Virus record (IMG/VR): IMGVR_UViG_3300021326_000150
DNA from: a virus
Direction: 5' to 3' (one strand)
Length of the DNA stretch: 33,581 nt
The position numbers and the translations under genes are program-made. This document shows positions 29,531-33,581 of this stretch, one piece after another (position 1 is the first letter of the stretch; every line of letters starts with the position of its first letter). The notes below the pieces were generated by a model that was not told the origin of the DNA, did no database searches, and saw only the letters and a program-made list of their open reading frames with translations.

Positions 29531-30949
29531 TTATGTAGAATACCATTTATCAACATCAACTCTTTGAGGTTGCTTTTCACTAGCCAGTTTCTCATATGCA
29601 CCGGTGAATGCAACAACACAGTCATCGTGAATGGATTCGTTAGGGTAGGCTGTAATTTTTTCAAGAAATTCCATGGCCCATTTTTTAGTAAACCCTGTTC
29701 TATCCTTCCCAACCAGGAAAATTCCGTTAAGTTGGATGTCAGCTGAAACTCTTCTGGCACGGTCAACTTTATTCTCACGTGAATTTCCAGTGCCTGTAGT
29801 AAATCCTCTTCGGTTTAATTCATCAATAATTAACAGGCCAAAGTTCTTACCAGTGGAACCGTCAAGTTCTATATACTGCACATCCGCTTTATCACGCGCT
29901 GCAGTGTTAATGATTTCATTAATAAGATTCCGTGACTCCAATTGAAACTCATAAGAATCAAGGATGTAGATATTGCCGTTTAAATCTTTGGCCAGTAACA
30001 CTCCTGCGGTATAATCTGGATCATTACCTTTCAATTTGTCATCGTTGAGAACTTCAGTTGCAGCAAGATCCCAATACCTGATGATCCGGATGATAGGTAT
30101 TTTCAAAAATTCGTCATGAGAGATCAAGTGGAAATCTGATTCATCAAATAGCTCACCTTTAACTGAAGCATACCAGTTACCGTTCATTAACTGCTCACGT
30201 GTAACTCTATCCAAGCCCATAAGATATTCTTCATAGTCCTGTCTGTCCAGATAAACATTATCGACATAACTGGAGCTGATAAATCTTATCTGGTCTTTGT
30301 CCTGAATGTCTGCATCTATCTTTTCGATGAATCTTTCCCTGACCCATTTATTACCACGCTTACCAGGATTACTTGAGCACATTAACTGTGTTGGAAGTTT
30401 ATTGTCTTTAGTTTTTCGGACACGTGAACGCATATAAATATATTTAAAGCGTTCCAGTTGCGTTAACTCATCAATGCCAATGAACTGGTATTCAGAACCC
30501 TGATAAGTATCGAGGTCGTTAATGTTACGTAAATATCCGAAGGTTAAACTATTGCCGTTTGGAAATGTCCATGAATGTTCAGTACCATCCCACTTCGGCC
30601 GAATAGCTGGGTCTCTTTGAATCTCTTTACGGTTAAGCCATTGGCTGGCTTTATGAATTAAAGCACCTTTCCTTTTCAAATCAGATAATGTTCTACGCAA
30701 TATTAATGCATGGTATTCATTAACATCGTCCTGAACATAAAATAAGGCTCTCATTAACAGGCTGGTTGATTTACTACCTCCAGCGGCACCACCAATTAGA
30801 ACTTCCTTTTCTGTTGCTAGAATCATCTCAGCTTGTTTGACAAATGGTTTAAATGGTATGTATGGATTTTCATATACACATTTTTGAAGAATAGCTTTGT
30901 CTCTTGCACCTAAATAGAATTGGCCATCTTTATTGTACATTATTATCAT
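29531..30949 (-). CDS. terL: Terminase large subunit
   Basis: Walker A GGAAGGSKS, Walker B FIGIDE, motif III SSNPG, nuclease RYWDLA...D...HDDCV. Confidence 0.96.
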   Translation of the reverse strand: MIIMYNKDGQFYLGARDKAILQKCVYENPYIPFKPFVKQAEMILATEKEVLIGGAAGGSKSTSLLMRALFYVQDDVNEYHALILRRTLSDLKRKGALIHKASQWLNRKEIQRDPAIRPKWDGTEHSWTFPNGNSLTFGYLRNINDLDTYQGSEYQFIGIDELTQLERFKYIYMRSRVRKTKDNKLPTQLMCSSNPGKRGNKWVRERFIEKIDADIQDKDQIRFISSSYVDNVYLDRQDYEEYLMGLDRVTREQLMNGNWYASVKGELFDESDFHLISHDEFLKIPIIRIIRYWDLAATEVLNDDKLKGNDPDYTAGVLLAKDLNGNIYILDSYEFQLESRNLINEIINTAARDKADVQYIELDGSTGKNFGLLIIDELNRRGFTTGTGNSRENKVDRARRVSADIQLNGIFLVGKDRTGFTKKWAMEFLEKITAYPNESIHDDCVVAFTGAYEKLASEKQPQRVDVDKWYST

Positions 30950-31736
30950 CTATTTGTTTTGCAAGAACTTCTATTTCATCCATAATGTCTTTTTGAGATA
31001 TTTCAATTTTTTTATCTTCTAGTTCAAGGACTCTGTTTTTAAATAGTCTGTCCATTTCATCTTTGAATAATTTGTTTTTAGCTTCAAATGTTCTAACAGA
31101 TAATTCCAAGTAACGTATTTTTAATTCAGTAAAATCAAGCAAATATCTTCCAATATTTTTTTCGCTAGCATTGAGTCTTATTTCTCTTTCAAGTTTTTCA
31201 AAATCAATTTCAATGCTTATAGCGTTTCGGGTTATCCTGTCGAGATTGTCCAGTCCTGTTTGGATGTCAGTGACCTGTTGCTGCAATATGGTGTCAATAG
31301 CTATGTCAATATTATCTTGATGAACGTTATTGTCTAGTATTTGTTTTTGGCTGATAGCTCTGTTTGTCAATGCTTTTTTATCGTGAGGAGTTTTTTCTTG
31401 ATCTGTTATGTTATATTTTTTCTTGAATCTGGAGAAAGTTGATCGGCTTATTTCAACATCATGATCTTCTGCTAACCATCTTCTAATGTTAGCATCAGTT
31501 GCACCGGATTCTTTCATTACTGTTATCTCATCCAGTAATGTTTCCAGGAAATCAGTTTTTTTAATTTTCAGTTTTGCTTTGAATTTTCTGTAGGTGTTAT
31601 CTGCGACATCTCTTCCATATTTTGTTTTTAGTAGTTTACGGACTTCATTGTTACTCATTCCTTTCTTGCAACAGTTTATTATTTCTTGTTCATGTTGCTC
31701 TAAAAAGTATTTAACGTCTGAATTTTTCTGACCCAT
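30930..31736 (-). CDS. Probable terminase small subunit (two HTH repeats plus coiled coil)
   Basis: Overlaps the terL start. Duplicated G.(S/T)....R..L...(Y/H)..(D/E)(V/I)....(Y/F)..FK.K HTH-like repeat. Confidence 0.65.
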   Translation of the reverse strand: MGQKNSDVKYFLEQHEQEIINCCKKGMSNNEVRKLLKTKYGRDVADNTYRKFKAKLKIKKTDFLETLLDEITVMKESGATDANIRRWLAEDHDVEISRSTFSRFKKKYNITDQEKTPHDKKALTNRAISQKQILDNNVHQDNIDIAIDTILQQQVTDIQTGLDNLDRITRNAISIEIDFEKLEREIRLNASEKNIGRYLLDFTELKIRYLELSVRTFEAKNKLFKDEMDRLFKNRVLELEDKKIEISQKDIMDEIEVLAKQIDDNNVQ

Positions 31737-31749
31737 AGGAGCAGGCCCC

Positions 31750-31998
31750 CTATAAGTTTCTCAATTCTTCTTCAAGTTTTTGTTTTCTTTCTTCAACTAT
31801 TTTACATTCAGCTTCTTTAATTGTTTTTTTAGAAGTTGCGTTTGATTCGACCTGACTAAATGCTTTTGGAGCATCACCTGAAGCAATTATTTTCGCACCA
31901 AGTTCGTATGCATCCCTATGAGAATAATCAGAATCGATAACAATTTTTTTTAGTGCAGATTGTACTCTTGCACTGATATTTTCTTTTCTGATTTTCAT
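31750..31998 (-). CDS. Small RHH-like protein
   Basis: Start placed at MKIRKENISARV. DYSHRDAYELG motif. Paralog of 32231..32422. Confidence 0.6.
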   Translation of the reverse strand: MKIRKENISARVQSALKKIVIDSDYSHRDAYELGAKIIASGDAPKAFSQVESNATSKKTIKEAECKIVEERKQKLEEELRNL

Positions 31999-32230
31999 AA
32001 TATAATGTATATTCTTTATATTTATTACTATTACGGTATGTATATAAAATTTTATTAGGTAAAAAATAGTTAAGTAATAATAAAATATTATTACTTTTTT
32101 CGTATTCAATTTAAATTTTTAAGAGTGCATACGCTAGAAATAGTGTTAAACTAGTCAGGTCTTATTTCGATATTATACTATTTTAAGATGTGCACGTTCT
32201 ATTTTCAGTATATTAAACAATTTAAGATGG

Positions 32231-32422
32231 TTAATCGTCTAATTGTTCTAATTCTTTTTGTAAATCGTAAATTTGCATTTCTTTATAAACTCTTTCAAAT
32301 TTACCTGTTTCAATAAGATATGCTCCAACTTCAAGTGCATCTCTGTATGTATAATTTGACTCTTTGATTATTTTTTTCTTATCCTCATCCATGTATGAAG
32401 ATGTGTTGTTTACATTCGCCAT
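32231..32422 (-). CDS. Small RHH-like protein
   Basis: TSSYMDEDKKKIIKESNYTYRDALEVG motif. GGTG RBS. Confidence 0.6.
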   Translation of the reverse strand: MANVNNTSSYMDEDKKKIIKESNYTYRDALEVGAYLIETGKFERVYKEMQIYDLQKELEQLDD

Positions 32423-32739
32423 AATTTTACACCTACTACATATAATGTAATATATATAATAATATATTATTTTTTTTATATAAAAAGGTATAGGATTTGA
32501 TTTTTATTTTTCCTTTATTTAACCACAACATATCAATAACTTATCCGAATAAAATTTAAATTAATATAAAAGTCAATTTAACATTATAACTAATCAATTA
32601 TGGATATTTTTCGTATTTAAGATATAATAAAAATTTTTTAACATAATGCATAAATCTAATAAAAGATTGTTCGATGTTAATAGAATAACAATAGAATAAA
32701 AATAGCATAATATTTAATTCGTAATTGATATAGAATAGC

Positions 32740-33021
32740 ATGTTACCCGATACTAATAGCCCGACATACATTGACGCATTCGCCTATGTCAAACGTAGCA
32801 AGAACCGTCAGAAGGTTATCAAAATAATCGAAAAATCAAGAATGACTCCATCGGAAATTACAGAAACAATGAACGTAAGATTCTCTCTTGTATCAAGAGT
32901 GCTACGAGAATTAAAAGACAAAGATATTGTTGTGTGCCTTAATGAAAATGAAAAGACCGGCAAGCTATATAAACTAACTCGTCTTGGATTGCTAATATAT
33001 TATGAACTTCAATATAAATAG
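32740..33021 (+). CDS. Winged-helix transcriptional regulator
   Basis: YV.RS..R.KVI......TPSEI.......VSRVL.ELK....VVCLN...K.GKLY.LT..G. Paralog of 14060..14341. Confidence 0.88.
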   Translation: MLPDTNSPTYIDAFAYVKRSKNRQKVIKIIEKSRMTPSEITETMNVRFSLVSRVLRELKDKDIVVCLNENEKTGKLYKLTRLGLLIYYELQYK

Positions 33022-33211
33022 CAAAAATTTTTTTTCGATAGCTAGCGCTATACCTCATTTTAAAAATTGTTAATAAATGACAACAATAAATAAACTAAAT
33101 ATAAACAATCTCGTAATAAAAACTGATTTTCAATAGCTGGAGTAACTTTCATAATCTGCAATGTTATTGTTAAAATAAACAATACCTATTTTTGACTTTC
33201 ACTTTAACAGC

Positions 33212-33330
33212 TGCACATTAACATTAACGGCAGGGTTTTCGGATTTGAATTTAGATTTCCAACTGCGATATATATGAAAGGGTTTCAGAAAAGGAGTTTT
33301 GAATAGCTGAACCCAACCGTTAATGTTAAA
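33212..33330. repeat. Isolated copy of the ACATTAAC / GATATATATG.AAGGGTT module
   Basis: CACATTAACATTAACGG...TTTCCAACTGCGATATATATGAAAGGGTTT...CCGTTAATGTT parallels 23328-23440. Confidence 0.75.
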
Positions 33331-33393
33331 ATGGATGTTAAGTTTCCAACAGCATATGTGGTTAAAGTTTAAAAAATTAGAAAAAAGAAATGA

Positions 33394-33576
33394 TTATTGA
33401 ATTAAGTGTTTTTCGACTAAATCCAATAGCATTTCGCTTGCTGTTGCATATCCCCCCATTTGGGCATGCATCTGTGAACCAGAATCTTCATCAAACAATA
33501 AATATTCCTTTTCACATTCAAGCATATCATAGAATACTTTTGCTTCACCCTGTGTCATTTCTGATGTTCCATCCAT
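33394..33576 (-). CDS. Hypothetical protein, probably 5'-truncated by the window edge
   Basis: Open frame of at least 60 aa running to the window end. No family recognised. Confidence 0.5.
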   Translation of the reverse strand: MDGTSEMTQGEAKVFYDMLECEKEYLLFDEDSGSQMHAQMGGYATASEMLLDLVEKHLIQ

Positions 33577-33581
33577 TACAA

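Noticed and set aside
28732-29778. MD/LWT-rich ORFs over the GTCCA array
   Set aside because: They arise in several frames from the repeat (ATGGAC/TGGACT) with no coherent RBS. The non-coding interpretation is simpler, though it is not excluded without ribosome profiling.

Overview
AT-rich window that reads as a large part of an archaeal head-tail-type (HK97-fold) virus, provirus or virus-plasmid. The host is most likely a Methanobacteriales (Methanobrevibacter-like) organism, inferred from TTTATATA boxes, GGAGG/GGTGA ribosome-binding sites and the winged-helix family present. The packaging and head module on the minus strand is terS, terL, portal and a protease-scaffold. It is followed by an ~8-kb operon of capsid-decoration, collagen-like and fibre proteins with a glycosyltransferase and two holin-like genes. 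About 15 kb downstream of the protease lie a decoration gene and two tandem major capsid protein paralogs. Two restriction-modification cassettes are embedded (DpnII/Dam type, and a fused REase-MTase plus separate S subunit), along with a GIY-YIG endonuclease and at least five ribbon-helix-helix-like proteins. No tail tube, tape-measure, adaptor, integrase, replicase or endolysin gene is recognisable in the window. The non-coding DNA is unusually patterned: a phased TTGCAA array (78-570), a phased GTCCA(T/C) array (28830-29515), a dispersed ACATTAAC motif with ~202-bp modules (23128-23645, 33212-33330), and a GC-rich triplicated hairpin region with a compensatory base change (23856-24590). All family assignments come from motif recognition by eye, not from database searches.
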